This document shows positions 1 through 14,398 of a DNA stretch of 64,000 nt, piece after piece. The stretch's first letter is position 1. The number at the start of each line of letters is the position of its first letter. The DNA comes from Octopus vulgaris (lineage: Eukaryota). Location: positions 1,488,001-1,552,000 of the forward strand of contig OX597820.1 in the NCBI GenBank assembly GCA_951406725.2. Direction: 5' to 3'. Below the pieces are notes generated by a model that did no database searches, was not told the DNA's origin, and worked only from the letters and a program-made list of their open reading frames with translations. The translations under genes and the position numbers were made by a program.

Positions 1-1231
1 ATAATAAGATGCATGTGATTCGAAAATATGTAGGTAGGTAGGCATACAAGGATGGATGGATAGATGGATGGATGCGTGGTTGAGAAGTTCGCTTTTCAAC
101 CACGTGTTTTCATGTTCAGTTCCCATGCCTTGTGAATGAACTTGAAAGACGAAAACACTATGGAAGCCCGTCAACAATACATATATATACACATACATAT
201 ACACACACACACATATATATACATACACACACGTATATACATACATACACATATCACACACACACAGACGTATTTCTGTATGTATGTATGTGTGTGTGTG
301 TGTATGTGTTTGTGTGTGTGTGTGTGTGTGTGTTCTCTTTGTTCTATATTTTTATTCTTATAAACATCACTCAGCGGACATTTTGTTTATCCCTACTCTT
401 ATGAATACCCCTCATATTAACTGCTATATACAATGTGTATATGATAGACATGTATGTATGTGTGCACATTCAATTAAACTGACACGAACACGATCCGTTT
501 TCCTTTTCTTCCTTTCTTTTGTCCGTTTCTATAAACTGTTTTTGGTACTTCCTTTGTTTGATTCGTCATTCTCAGAACATTTTTTAACGCATAAACAAGG
601 AAGTGCTCGAAGCTGTCCAAATATGGAGCCAGGGGTTAGTTTTTAACCTACAACCACAGCAGCAGCAACAACATCGTCAGCTGCTACTGTTACTACTACT
701 ACTGCTGCTGCTGCTGGTACTACTAGTACTACATATGGTCCACAAATATCCCCCTCAACACGATCATCATCATTGACAGTGTAACGTCTATTATTATGTC
801 GATGTATGTAATTGTATGCATGTATATACGCGTGCATGTACCTATATACACTTGTGTGTATGCGTGAGAGTGTGTGTGTGCATACATATATGTACATAAA
901 CATGTGAGTACGTGCACGCTTGTCTGCTCATGTATATGAATGCATACATACATGAATATACATACGTATAGACACAAAGACAAACACCTAACTATACACA
1001 TATGCATATACATGCATGCATGCATACATACACACATACACATCGACACACATATATACATCTGTGTGTGTGTAAAACAGGAAACGATTCTAATCGTCTG
1101 GACGTAAACGTTTGCGCTCACTTAACAGTCTGTTAATCTATCTATTTCGCTGCACGTTTGTAATTCTGCTTGCCTCTATCTTTGTCAAGCAATCTATCTG
1201 TCTGTCTGTCTGTTTGTCTCCTTATCTGTGT

Positions 1232-1269
<38 letters not shown>

Positions 1270-1996
1270 TGACAACTTCTGTTTGCTACCGTCAACAAGA
1301 CCAACACTACCCGACCTGTACGAACGGGTGGCTACAAACATCCGCATACCTTCGACATTTGAAACATTTACCAGACGCTAGATTTTTGTCAGGTGACACT
1401 TCTTGACTAAAGTCAACAATGCATAGCCTGACGTCTCCTTTTCTTCCCATCCACCCTTTCTTTTATTATCATCTCTGACAGCTTTGGAGAGAAAATAAGT
1501 ATCTACCATTTATCGTGCAATTGTTAACCAATTCTTCTTTTTCTTTTTTCATTTAATAGAGAAAAGGACAAACAATAAACAAACAAAATTAAACAAAGAT
1601 GGGATCTTTTGTTTGCTGCGTTTGCCCAAGAAGCTTTAATCTCTTCTCTTCTGTCTATGCCATACCAATGTGTTGTAGCTGCAAAGTTCATATCTAAAAG
1701 TCAGTGTTTAAGAGTATTTGCTATTGCTAAACTATAATAAATGTCTGTGCTAATACAGTTTAGTTTCTATAGCTAAAACTTTATATCTAAATCTCGCTAT
1801 AATAGTATATTTGCTGGGACTGAAAACTTCCAGTCTCTAATCGTTGGTACTGTTGACCTGTTTATTTATGTAGAAGGATTAAGATTGTGTTTGAATGAGA
1901 GACTGGAGGTTTAAAGAGAAAGTGAGTGCATTAAATTGGTTAGTATTCTGTTGGCAAGACCATATGAGCAAAAGTTGTATTATCAGAAGAGACGAA

Positions 1997-2180
1997 GGCG
2001 GCGAGGTGGCAGAATCGGTAGGGCGCCTGCCAAAATGCTTAGCGGCATTTCGCCCTCTTTACGTTCTTAGTTCAAATTCCGCCGAAGTCATCTTTACCTT
2101 TCATCCTTTCGGGGTCGATAAAAGAAGTACCAGTTGAGCACGGAAATTACTGGTTTTGTCCCAAATTTTGAAACCATTTT
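1997..2180 (+). mobile_element. tRNA-derived SINE, family S2 (GGCGGCGAGCTGGCAGAATCG... type)
   Basis: A-box-like TGGCAGAATCGG, B-box-like AGTTCAAATTCC and central TTTCATCCTTTCGGGGTCGATAAAA..GTACCAG; the same sequence recurs many times in the window. Confidence 0.85.
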
Positions 2181-3353
2181 CAGAAGAGACGGGAAAAGAC
2201 GCAGTGAGACCGAGAACCAATAGGGGTAGATAAAGGTGGATGATGGTAGATAAAGGGTACACCGTTGACAGATTTCTCTTACAAAATACTGGGGAGTTTA
2301 AATTTAAAGGAGAAGAGAGCGCATGTCGTTGATGAGGTCGTGGATGGCAACAAACGACTTCATCAAACCTAGCTGACTGATGAACAGACTGAACGAATGA
2401 TTAATCAAACAATCGATTGGTTAATTGGTTTAATGGTTAACCAATTGACAAGTAAGAAATAAAGTAGAGAAACAGAACTAGTGCGTGTGTTTATTATTGG
2501 CGTAATGATCCTCCCAAAATACAACGAAATATGTTTCAACACATGAATTCACATCAAGAATCTTGCAAACCAAATACAAAACGAAAAATTATATTCATCC
2601 GTTCTGATTAAACCCTTCCATTACTAAATATCACTTGTGTCACATAATTATTCTGATTTTAGTTTTAAAAGTAGCTAACTTGTCACCTCATAAAATAATA
2701 ATGTTTACAATGTTTCAAAACAACCTTCGTCTCTCAACTCTAAGTGTTCACTTGACCTTCCATGTTGACACACGGCATTTTTGTAAACATAATACCGTCT
2801 TGTTCGAAATATTTTTATAGCCACTTACAATTTTCTTTGAATTGTGACACCTTCCTATAGGTATAAATTAATTTAAATATGACAGTCTTGTATATTATTA
2901 TCCTTCCACGAATTCTTTACTGTTTTGTTTAAGCGTAGAGGAATATATATCCTATGGCATTCATTTAGATAGTTAGGTGTGTTCGCTAAAGAAACAATGA
3001 ATGGTACCATGCAATGAATGAGGCAGATAATTAAAAGTTACTCCAAGAACACAAATTTTGATACTAAATCATGTAAACCCTATGTAAACTGTTTATTTGT
3101 GAAACAGCTGGAAGAGATTAACCTCACCAGCTATAAAGGGACGAAAATAGACGATTAGCGGAGGCATATAAGAAACTGTTGATGAGGTTTGCATTTGAAT
3201 TTTGTATAAGTGCATCGTTGAATTCCTGAATAGGGTACTTCAGGCTTCGAGTCAATTAAGCCAGCTGTCGCGATTTACTAGGAAGGTAACCTTCAAATCC
3301 CTAATTCCACTGCTTGTTTGGTTTTTATTAATGTTGTGCGCATGTATATATTA

Positions 3354-3778
3354 CATTTCTAAATACCTCAGAGAGATATAAGCAGTCGTGGCACGATAGA
3401 GTAGTTGTATACTGTCAACTTAATGTGACAGTCCCATGAAGATATAACGCTACCTATATCTCTCTGAGATATTTAGAAATGAAATATTTCTATTTTTGTA
3501 ATCAGTGGATTTATTTCTAAAGAATTCATATATGGTTACAAAGGCTAGACAGGCATCTCCAACTAGCAGCCCATGCTACTCCAGACTGATGACGAGCAAG
3601 ACTCAGAAACTAGTCTCTGGATGCAGGCTTAGCTGGGTGGGGTGCTTGTCTCCCCCTGTAAACATAAGGACACAAGAAATGTGTCAAGGCCGACAGGAAG
3701 CGTTGATGCTTCCTAGGGCTAAATAGCGGTGGTGTGATTCCCTTCATGTCACATTAAGTTGACAGTATACAACTACTC
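3354..3778 (+). mobile_element. Small hammerhead-containing element (retrozyme or non-autonomous Penelope-like) with an inverted partial copy
   Basis: Inverted repeats 3354-3380/3455-3481 and a perfect 32 bp pair at 3399-3430/3747-3778; hammerhead motif at 3580-3621. Confidence 0.7.
3580..3621 (+). ncRNA. Type I hammerhead ribozyme (minimal, palindromic helix III)
   Basis: TCCAGA-CTGATGA-C GAG CAAGA CTC A-GAAA-CTAG-TC-TCTGGA; helix I TCCAGA/TCTGGA, GUC triplet ending at 3615. Confidence 0.8.
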
Positions 3779-3779
3779 A

Positions 3780-3813
<34 letters not shown>

Positions 3814-3909
3814 GTATATATATACACTTATGTGTTTGTATGTATATTATGTATGAATACATAAACATATGAATGTCTTTATGTATATGTATACACACAC
3901 ACACATACA

Positions 3910-4158
3910 CAGGATGTTCAAAAAGTCTCTCCGCAGTAAGGATTTTACTGCAAAATAAATATTAATAAGATGGTATAAGACTACAAAAGAATATATTAGA
4001 CTTTACAAGACTTTAAAAAACTTTATAAGACGTGTTGAAAGTGTCATCCTGAATGGCCAGCACTTTGTATGGAAAGAAATTTGATTTCTTTTTTTACTGC
4101 CGTGTGAGCAATTCATACGCTGATTTCCGATTCCCTGCGGAGAGACGTTTTGAACACC

Positions 4159-4161
<3 letters not shown>
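3910..4161. mobile_element. Tc1/mariner-type MITE
   Basis: TIRs CAGGATGTTCAAAAAGTCTCTCCGCAG / CTGCGGAGAGACGTTTTGAACACCCTG. Confidence 0.85.
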
Positions 4162-4202
<41 letters not shown>

Positions 4203-4206
4203 TATT

Positions 4207-4754
4207 GTGGCTGCCCCCTCGTTATCGAGTATGGCCATTGCACGAAGCTTAATCAAAGTTGTTATCGTGCAATGCCTGTGCAAGAAGATTTTTTTTAAGT
4301 GAGGAAAGGCTGTGCACTGAGTCAATCCCACTCACTAAGCAACAGCAGCCATAATCCGAAAAGAAGAACAAGTCAACATCATCGGTAACCACTGAGCCGC
4401 AGGTTTTATGTCGGAGTTATCCCAGTTTCCTGAGTTACCTTCTCCTAGAAGGATACCCTAACAAAGGCTAGGAGTCCTTCACTCCCAATGGTATAACCGC
4501 GCCATAGGGTATTCAGTCCGATTATTTCTATGTCCCCGCGCATGATACAGCCTTAAGACATTTATTGGATGGCCGTTGACTCACAAGAGTTCTTCCGCCC
4601 TTTGACGGGTTTCGGTTTTCATCCCGCAGGGTGTCCAATAAACACCCTCCTCACCAAGCAAGCTTGGTGGGGTTGCTGGTTTAGTCGCCAACGACCCGAC
4701 CATGCAACAGGTTGTACTGGGTTACATGTTACCAGTAGCACTTGAAAGTGACCT
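4207..4754 (-). mobile_element. Non-autonomous ~550 bp RTE-related retroelement, copy 1
   Basis: Near-identical reverse complement of 24681-25232; RTE 5'UTR-like motif CTAGGAGAAGGTAACT and 3' stem-loop CTCGATAACGAG. Confidence 0.7.
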
Positions 4755-4946
4755 AAGTATATATATGTATGTATGTATGTATGTATGCATGCATGTATGT
4801 ATGTATGTACATATATGTATATATATGTACATGAGTATGTGTGCACACGTGCAATTTTACCTTTCGACCAAGTGAAAGTTATCATAGTTACTCTAAGGTA
4901 TAATTATAACATCAAAGAACTGCATAACGCGCGGATATTTTGTTAA

Positions 4947-4991
4947 TACATACATACACACACACATACATACAGACATACATACACACAC

Positions 4992-5028
<37 letters not shown>

Positions 5029-5093
5029 TACACACATACATACATATACACACACATACATACATACATACATACACACACACATACATACAT

Positions 5094-5124
<31 letters not shown>

Positions 5125-5610
5125 TACATACATACATACATACACACACACATACATACATACATACATACATATACACACACATACATACATACATACA
5201 TACATACACACACATACATACATACATACACGCACACACACATACATACATAGATACATACACACACACATATATACATACATATACACACACATACATA
5301 CACACATACATACATACATACATACATACATACATACATACACACATACACACACACATACATATCCACATACATACATGCATACGCATGTACATACATA
5401 CATACATACATACACACACACATACATACATACATACATACATACACACATACATACATACATACATACATACATACATACATACATACACACATACACA
5501 CATACATACATACATACATACATACATACATACATACATACATACATACATACATACATACATACATACATACATACATACATACATACATACATACATA
5601 CATACATACA
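4947..5610. repeat. Compound (TACA)n/(CA)n microsatellite
   Basis: Directly visible. Confidence 0.95.
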
Positions 5611-5735
5611 TGAGCATACCTACACACGCGCGCGCATATAATTTTGCGCAGAGTAAATTTGAATTTTTAGGTTTACTCTAAGGTACAATTATAGCATTAA
5701 ATACACACAGCTTAACGCTTGGATAATATATCAAA

Positions 5736-5816
<81 letters not shown>

Positions 5817-6021
5817 CCGGATAAGCTAGAAAGCGCTTACACTGGTACATTGTAAGAGCGCACCTTTTCTTGCTCGTTTGATGAAGAGCCACCACAACGT
5901 AATCAGGCGCAAATATTGCGCACCTTTCCACGTGAAATCATTGAGGCGTAATAGAAAAATGAAACAGAATGATGCCGAAAGAATTGTGGCAAATAATGGC
6001 GATGCAGTAAATTTAGTCTTC

Positions 6022-6888
<867 letters not shown>

Positions 6889-7997
6889 TGTTTCTTTATT
6901 AGCCACACAGGGCTGCACACAGATAGAACAAATTACAAGGTAGAGCTTTTCTTTTGAAGGTTTAAAAAAAAAAAAAAAAAAAAGGAAGGGGGAGTTTCGA
7001 TCAAAAGGGATCGTAAAAGGAGAGAAAGAGGACAAAAAAAAAGGGGGTTAAAAAAAAGGGGGAGAGGAAAAAAAAAAAAAAAAAAAAAATTGATCAATAG
7101 GGATCGTTATCACAGAAATGTCAATATGAAGTGTAAAGGGGAGGACAGGTGAGGTTTACCCGTGGAAAGAAAAGCCTACGGAAAAGACCACGGTAACCTC
7201 GGTCAATGAAGTCACATTTTATATTTCTTTTTTTTTTTTTTTTTTTTTTGCAAATAAGCAACTCTCTGTTTTCGATTTCTGGGTTCATAGGACTATGCTC
7301 AAGGTGGCTTCGTCATTCATACGTGCCATTCTTGCTACATTCACCCATCTTTTTTTAAAACATTCGCTAGACAAAACTTGCCTCTCTACTCTCACTTTCC
7401 TTTTCAAGTGGTACTTGAAGAAGTTGATGAGAGATTGACCAGAGAGGAAAGTGTTTGTCTCCAATCCTTTCAGACGCGTCCACCAGATACATTCCTTCGC
7501 CATAGCCACAAGGATGATGAAAATAGCTCTTCCTTCCCGTTTGAAGGAAGGAGGCGTGACAATATTGACGATAGACTCAGCTGATAAACCGACTCGTCCC
7601 ACACGTGACAGCAGTTGTTCGACATAAGCCCACAGGTCGGAAATTGTTGGACACTGAACGAGTGCGTGCAGAACGGTTTCGTCGCTCTGACCGCATCTCG
7701 GGCAGGTCGGCCCCGTGTTTCTCGAGCCGTGTCTGTAGAGCTTATCCCGAACGGGTAGCGCTTCTCGGTAGCACTGCCAGGCCAGGGATCTCTGGAAGTT
7801 GTCCATGGGCCCTGGCCCGAAAGTCGTCCCGAACAGGCGGGTCAGGTATTCCTCGTCGACGTCCAGGTTCGCCCCGAGCTCGTCGTCGTACCTCCCCTCC
7901 ACTAATCCCCTATAGAATGCTTTGGTTGTGATGGAGTCACTCAAGGTTGACCCAGGACGGCAGAGTTGCTTGAGAGCAACGCGACACTCGCGGTGCC

Positions 7998-7998
<1 letters not shown>
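6889..7998 (-). mobile_element. 5'-truncated Tx1-like LINE (ORF2 C-terminus with zf-RVT, plus 3'UTR)
   Basis: Open frame 7285-7998 with CPRCGQSDETVLHALVQC zinc knuckle, homologous to 59500-60216; 3' end GCCCTGTGTGGCTAATAAAGAAACA; (GATA)n on both sides. Confidence 0.9.
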
Positions 7999-8076
<78 letters not shown>

Positions 8077-8267
8077 GAGATGGATAGAGAGATGGATAGA
8101 TAGATAGTCACACACATAGCCATGTGTGTGTGTGTGTGTCTGTTATTGAAGTTAGATTTTGTTAAAAACAGAAGGAACCACGATATTAAAGTAAACAATG
8201 AACTGGCCTTGACTAAACCCACTTCAACACAAACAATTTTAAGTGAAGAAGCACACCACAGTTACAC

Positions 8268-8334
<67 letters not shown>

Positions 8335-8576
8335 TTTCAACAACTCACAAAATTTCCATCCATATCCTTACTCACTTTATCTCTATATTTGTCTTTCTCA
8401 CTCTCTTTCCATTTCTCGCTTTCTTCGTCTTCGCCATCCTCATTTCCCATCACCACTACGACCACGGCCACTGACACTTTTTATTACTCTGAGTTACGTC
8501 CCTTATTGAGCGTGACATAAATAACAGGTAGGTAGGTAGGTAGGTAGGTAGGTAGGTAGGTAGGTAGGTAGGTAGG

Positions 8577-8610
<34 letters not shown>

Positions 8611-8655
8611 CATACATACATACATACATACATACATACATGCAAACAGAGAGAC

Positions 8656-8702
<47 letters not shown>

Positions 8703-9699
8703 ATGGATGCATGTTGTATCCACGTATTTATGCATGTATATATATATATTATACTGAAGAGAAAATAAACGGTAAAAATATATGGTATACGTAGGTGTTT
8801 GTGAGTGTTGTACGTACTTGTAGGGGTGGGGAGTTAGTATGGAGGCGGTTGTTCAGTAAATAAGAGATGTGAAGCAAAACAAACAAACGACGTTACGTAA
8901 CAAAGTTATTTTGGCCAGAACGAGAGAAGAAAAATAGCAGCAGACAATTCTCTTCAACGTAAGAGTTATTACAATACTTCTCTGAGAATTCTTTACAACT
9001 GTTCTCAGTTCTAAAATGTAAGTAGATGTTGGCAACGACTTTAAAGAATAGACTTTCAGCTGCCAAAAGACACACATTAGTTTTCTGGGTTGTTCACAAC
9101 AACCGTTAGAAAGCTTGAAGAAAACTTTGAACCTGACTTGCAGCTTTTGCGTATTTTTAACTAATTTAGTTCTGTTAAGAAAGTCAGCCTAAAATGTTAC
9201 ATGAACTAACGTTGAGGCCTCTATGTCGTCGTTCAACCTTTTAGAAATAGCTACGAAACATCCCTCCGTCTTGAATAAGAATATATTGGACAATGACGTA
9301 GATATGTTGCACAAGAGGATGACAAACGAGCATACAGGAAAACAGGACAAAGCACATACATTGGACGCGGATAGGCTCGGCTCCTCATCATTTATCGATC
9401 AAATATCATCACAATTTCGACCCCATTCCACAATATTGTTCAATTTGTCGCTGTTAATAATATAGGCTGCTGGGGTATAAACGAGCAGACATCATAGACG
9501 AACACAAATAGAGAAAATACAAGTACAATAACTAGGAAAGACAAGTTCTCTGCACCATAGGTACAAAGGACGAGAAGAACAAGTGGAAATACTATATATA
9601 ACGAAACAAACAAGCAAGGACAATAGCAAAAAGATAATAAATGACACATAGAGATGTTTTTATCCACAGAATGTCTTTCGACAGAGATGCTATATGAGA

Positions 9700-10170
9700 G
9701 TTTCTAATATACAAATTATTTTAACTTTTAAAAGTATTTAGAACACTGATTGAGCCGGTCCTTTTCTATGGATCAGAGACCTGAACTTTATCGGCTCCCT
9801 TAGAAAAACAACTAGATGGAACATACACCAAACTGCTCAGAAATATACAGAAGATCTGTTGGAGATCAAACCCAACGCTTAGTAACATCTACGGAAATCT
9901 GATAGCAATATCTCTCAACCTAAAGCAGAAATGGCTGCAATTTGCAGGCCATTGTCATTGAACAGAGAAAGAGGTGATCTCATCCCTGCTTTTATGGCAT
10001 CTCTCCGGAAGTGTTTTCTCCGGGAAACTGACAGTTTCAGATATTGTATCTCGGAACTCAAGGCTGGATATTAGAGATCTGAACACAGCAGTACAGGACC
10101 GTGTAGTGTGGAAAGGGATTGTCAATGGAGTTCCGACCACCCATAGGTTGGTCGAAGGATGATGCTGATG
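9700..10170 (+). mobile_element. Decayed RTE-like LINE 3' fragment
   Basis: LDGTYTKLLR, LQFAGHC, ISSLLLW and DRVVW motifs homologous to 36051-36341; (GAT)n-like tail. Confidence 0.8.
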
Positions 10171-11557
10171 AATGTACAAATGGGAAAAGTGATGAGTCGA
10201 CCAAGGCTGAAACATCTTTCGTGACACGTCTTTGATCTGCTCGATTAGATCTCACCAGGAACTAAACAACAACAACAACAACAACAACAACCTAAATAAT
10301 AAATAGAAACATATAAGGACACATATTGAGTCGTATAGCCAGCTCGAAACGACGTTTCCTGGGGGCTAAACAACAATAACATTCGTCCCATCCAAGACCG
10401 CCACATTATGTTGGCAAATAGTCTTAACCTAAATAATATAATTGATGTAATATTACTGTTGCGTCATCTTTTGCTGTGGGGGGGAGGACCGTACGCGCGC
10501 GCGTGTGTATTGCCATTGTTCATATCTCGCCGTTGGACGACTCTGATTGAACGGAAATTTGATCAAATCCACGACCAACCCGTCTTTTTAAAGGAGTTTT
10601 ACGATAACATTATTTAATGTGTCTTTTATTATTTAAGAAAATGGAATGTGATTTGAGAGAGATTTGGTTACTACTTCCAGAAGGTCGAGTAACCATGGTT
10701 CGTGACGCTCCCACTTCTAGTTGCATGGGTTTTTTAGTGATGTTGTTATGCTTATTGTCGTTGTTTATTCCAGCATAGTTTCGATTTAACTTATAAATAT
10801 TGTATACTTAATCGTTCCTGTTGGTGGAGTTGTTGTTGTTGTTGTTGCTGTTTAACCGCATTATCAACCTTGATTGCGCAGACCTATTATCAAAGCCATT
10901 CCAACTGTGGCTATCTTATCTTTTAACAGGATAGCATATCTAGGACATTATCCAATGTGTTCTTTGTTTATTTAAAAGAATGAGGTGTGGTATGAAAGGA
11001 ATTTGGAGCTGTTATTTCCAGCAAATTGAGCAACCATATAGAACAAGGAGAGGAATTTTACCCGCGAGTGGAATTTCACTCAAATAAACCTTTGAAAATA
11101 TCCCAATAAGGAAACTTTCTAAAAACCCATTTGAAGAAACGGTTTAAGATTTATAATGGAGACAGTGTAACCAGCCAACAATAGTCGCATACCAATGAAT
11201 TTTCCAAATTTTTGTCGGTACACAATACGTTCCCAACGGTCCTTATTCACTAGCAATTCGCTTTTGTACTCAAAAGTGTCCTTATCCTTGAAACAAAGGC
11301 TCTTTCGATTGATCGTTGTGTATCTCTATCATATTTACAAACACCACTGTGACGTTCAATCATTTTGTTGTTAATTTAAAAGACTAATATTCGGATATTT
11401 GGTCACATTCTCCATTTTCTACACGTTTTACTCACTCAGTGATTCCTATTCATAAATATGTATTTTATAATTAGATTTTTTTTTATTTACAAAGCAGCTG
11501 TTTAATAGAAAGAAGCATTCGTAAAGAACAGCATCGGAAAAATAAATTATACATGCT

Positions 11558-11824
11558 ATGTATGTATGTATGTGTGTGTGTATGTATGTATGTATGTATG
11601 TATGTATGTATGTATGTATGTGCGTGTCTGTTATGTATGTATGTGTGTGTGTATGTATGTATGTATGTATGTATGTATGTATGTGCGTGTCTGTTATGTA
11701 TGTATGTGTGTGTGTATGTATGTATGTATGTATGTATGTATGTGCGTGTCTGTTATGTATGTATGTGTGTGTGTGTATGTATGTATGTATGTATGTATGT
11801 ATGTGCGTGTCTGTTATGTATGTA

Positions 11825-11855
<31 letters not shown>

Positions 11856-12045
11856 ATGTATGTATGTATGTATGTATTCATGTATGTATGTATGTATGTA
11901 TGTATTCATGTATGTATGTATGTATGTATGTATGTATGTATGTATGTATGTATGTATGTATGTATGTATGTATGTATGTATGTATGTATGTATGTATGTA
12001 TGTATGTATGTATGTATGCATGTATGTATGTATGTATGTTTGTAT
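11558..12045. repeat. (ATGT)n microsatellite with ~60 bp higher-order units (GCGTGTCTGTT spacer, x4)
   Basis: Directly visible. Confidence 0.9.
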
Positions 12046-12054
12046 GTATATTCT

Positions 12055-12161
12055 GTCAGGTCACTTTCGAGTGCTACTGGTAACATGTAACCCAGTACAA
12101 GCTGTTGCATGGTCGGGTCGTCGGCGATTAAACCGGCAACCCCACCAAGCTTATTTGGTGA
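12055..12161 (+). mobile_element. 5' fragment of the RTE-related 550 bp element, copy 3
   Basis: Matches 24681-24787. Confidence 0.8.
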
Positions 12162-12305
12162 GCAGTGCGTGGTTTAGCATGGCCGCAGTCTAATGATTGA
12201 AACAAGTAGAAGATTAAAAAATAAAAGTTATATAGATGTGTGTATGGGGTGCATGTGGGAGGATATGCACACACACACACACATACACATACATACATAC
12301 ATACA

Positions 12306-12337
<32 letters not shown>

Positions 12338-12398
12338 CATACATACATACATACATACATACATACATACATACATACATACTTACATACATACATAC

Positions 12399-12429
<31 letters not shown>

Positions 12430-13016
12430 CATACATACATACATACATACATACATACATACATACATACACACACACACATACATACATACATACATAC
12501 ATACATACATACATACATACATACATACATACATACATACATACGTACATTCATACATACATACATACATACTCTATTGCTGATGTTGAAATTCCAATGA
12601 AGGAGCCTTGGATCTAGGTTAGGAACCGGCTCTTTTTCTATTGGCAAGAAATCTTGAAATAAAACAGAATAATGGCATACATATACACATATACACATAT
12701 ACACATATTTTCATGCATATATTTCTTTTTGCTTGACTCCCAGGGCCGGTTACCCGATTTCCATGACCGAGATTAAGACATTTCCTCTGAACAGGGCACC
12801 GGTCTGTTGCATGGTTCAAGGCTAGTATTTTTGAGTGCAGGGGCTAAATCGATCACATCAACCCAAGTACATGACTGGTACTTTGTTTTATCAATTCCAA
12901 ATGGATGAAAGGTAACCTCGGCGGGATTTAAACTCAGAACGTAAAGGGCCGGAGGAAAACCGATTCTACCAGCCCTCCGCCTGCAAACAAGTTTTATTGT
13001 TTGATTCTCGTGGATA

Positions 13017-13319
13017 CAGAAGAAACTCGCAGTACGAGTGCTCCATTGTACGAGTAATTTGCTGTACGAGCCGAGGCTCGTGCGAATTTTTGTCTTGAGC
13101 GGAAATCCTGAGTTAATAAAACTAGTTTACTTATTTCTTTTAATTGTCATTTTACTTGTAAAACCCATAAGAAATTATCTTTGGGTGGTTTTGGTGGCTT
13201 GGAACAGATTAATTAGATTTTAGTTAATTTCAATGAGGAAACTTGATTTGTAAAACGAGTAAATCGAAAGACGAACTCAGACATGGAACAAATTGAACTC
13301 GTACTGCGAGGTACCACTG
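13017..13319. mobile_element. Tigger/pogo-like MITE
   Basis: TIRs CAGAAGAAACTCGCAGTACGAGT / ACTCGTACTGCGAGGTACCACTG with internal GTACGAG repeats. Confidence 0.75.
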
Positions 13320-13339
13320 TCCTTACTTATTTCTTTTAT

Positions 13340-13625
13340 TCTTTTATTTGTTTCAGTCATTTGACTGTGACCATGATGGAGCACCGCCTTTAGTCGAGCA
13401 TATCAACCCCAGGGCTTATTTGTAAGCCAAGTACTTATTCCTTCGGTCTCTTTTGCCGAACTGCTAAGTTACGGGGACGTAAACACACCAGCATCGATTG
13501 TCAAGCGATTGTGACGGCCCGAGGCTATAGCAGAAGACATTTACCCAAGGTGCCACGCAGTGGGGCTGAACCCGGATCCATGTGGCTGGAAGCAAGCTAC
13601 TTACCACACAGCCACTCCTGCACCT
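13340..13625 (-). mobile_element. SINE family S1 with internal deletion
   Basis: Reverse complement of the S1 head and tail. Confidence 0.85.
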
Positions 13626-14252
13626 ATATTTATTTTGCGTATATAAATATATATCCGAATATGTAGATTACGAATGCTCGAATTCATGACTACATGCGTA
13701 TATTAATTATTTGTGTACTTCTTTATATATACCTAATGTAAATATGTATTCATGTACCTGTACATAAGCACTCCCCGCCCCCAAACAGGTGTATATACGT
13801 TTGAGCTGGTGTGTATGTATATAACTGTGTTTAAGAGAGGCACATGCGTATATGTGTATTTATTTGGTTGCGTGTGTTTGCGTGTATGTGTGGTCCTGTG
13901 CGTGTTTGTGTATGTAAGTCTGGTTCTCTGTGTGTATGTGATTCGGTTTCGTTGTATGTGTATGTATGTTTGGTTGTGTGTGTATATCTGTACGTATGAT
14001 TGTATATGTATGTATGGTTGTGTGTGTATATGCATGTATTTACGTATGGTTGTACGCGTATGTGTGTATCTGTGGTTGCGTGTGTGCATGTGGTTCAGTT
14101 TGGTTGTGTGTGTGTGTGTGTATGTTTGGATGTAAGTATGAGGGCGTATGTATGTAGGTATGGTTGTGTGTATGCATGTATGTAAGTATTTATGCATATA
14201 TGTATATATTATGTATGTTTGTATGTATTTATTTATGTATATGTGTGTATAT

Positions 14253-14320
<68 letters not shown>

Positions 14321-14398
14321 GTAAGTATGTATTTTATGTTTACATATCTGAATCGTTGAACTTATCACCTTTCGAAACGCCTCTCTGTGTCTACTCAC

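Noticed and set aside
1350-1482. Possible minus-strand exon (AAG acceptor, AAG|GTATGC donor)
   Set aside because: Weak acceptor, stops in all three frames and no other support
4207-4290. GCC(T/C)CCTCG resembling the HDV ribozyme P3/L3
   Set aside because: P3 cannot pair (GCC versus ATC); it is better explained as the antisense of the element's 3' stem-loop
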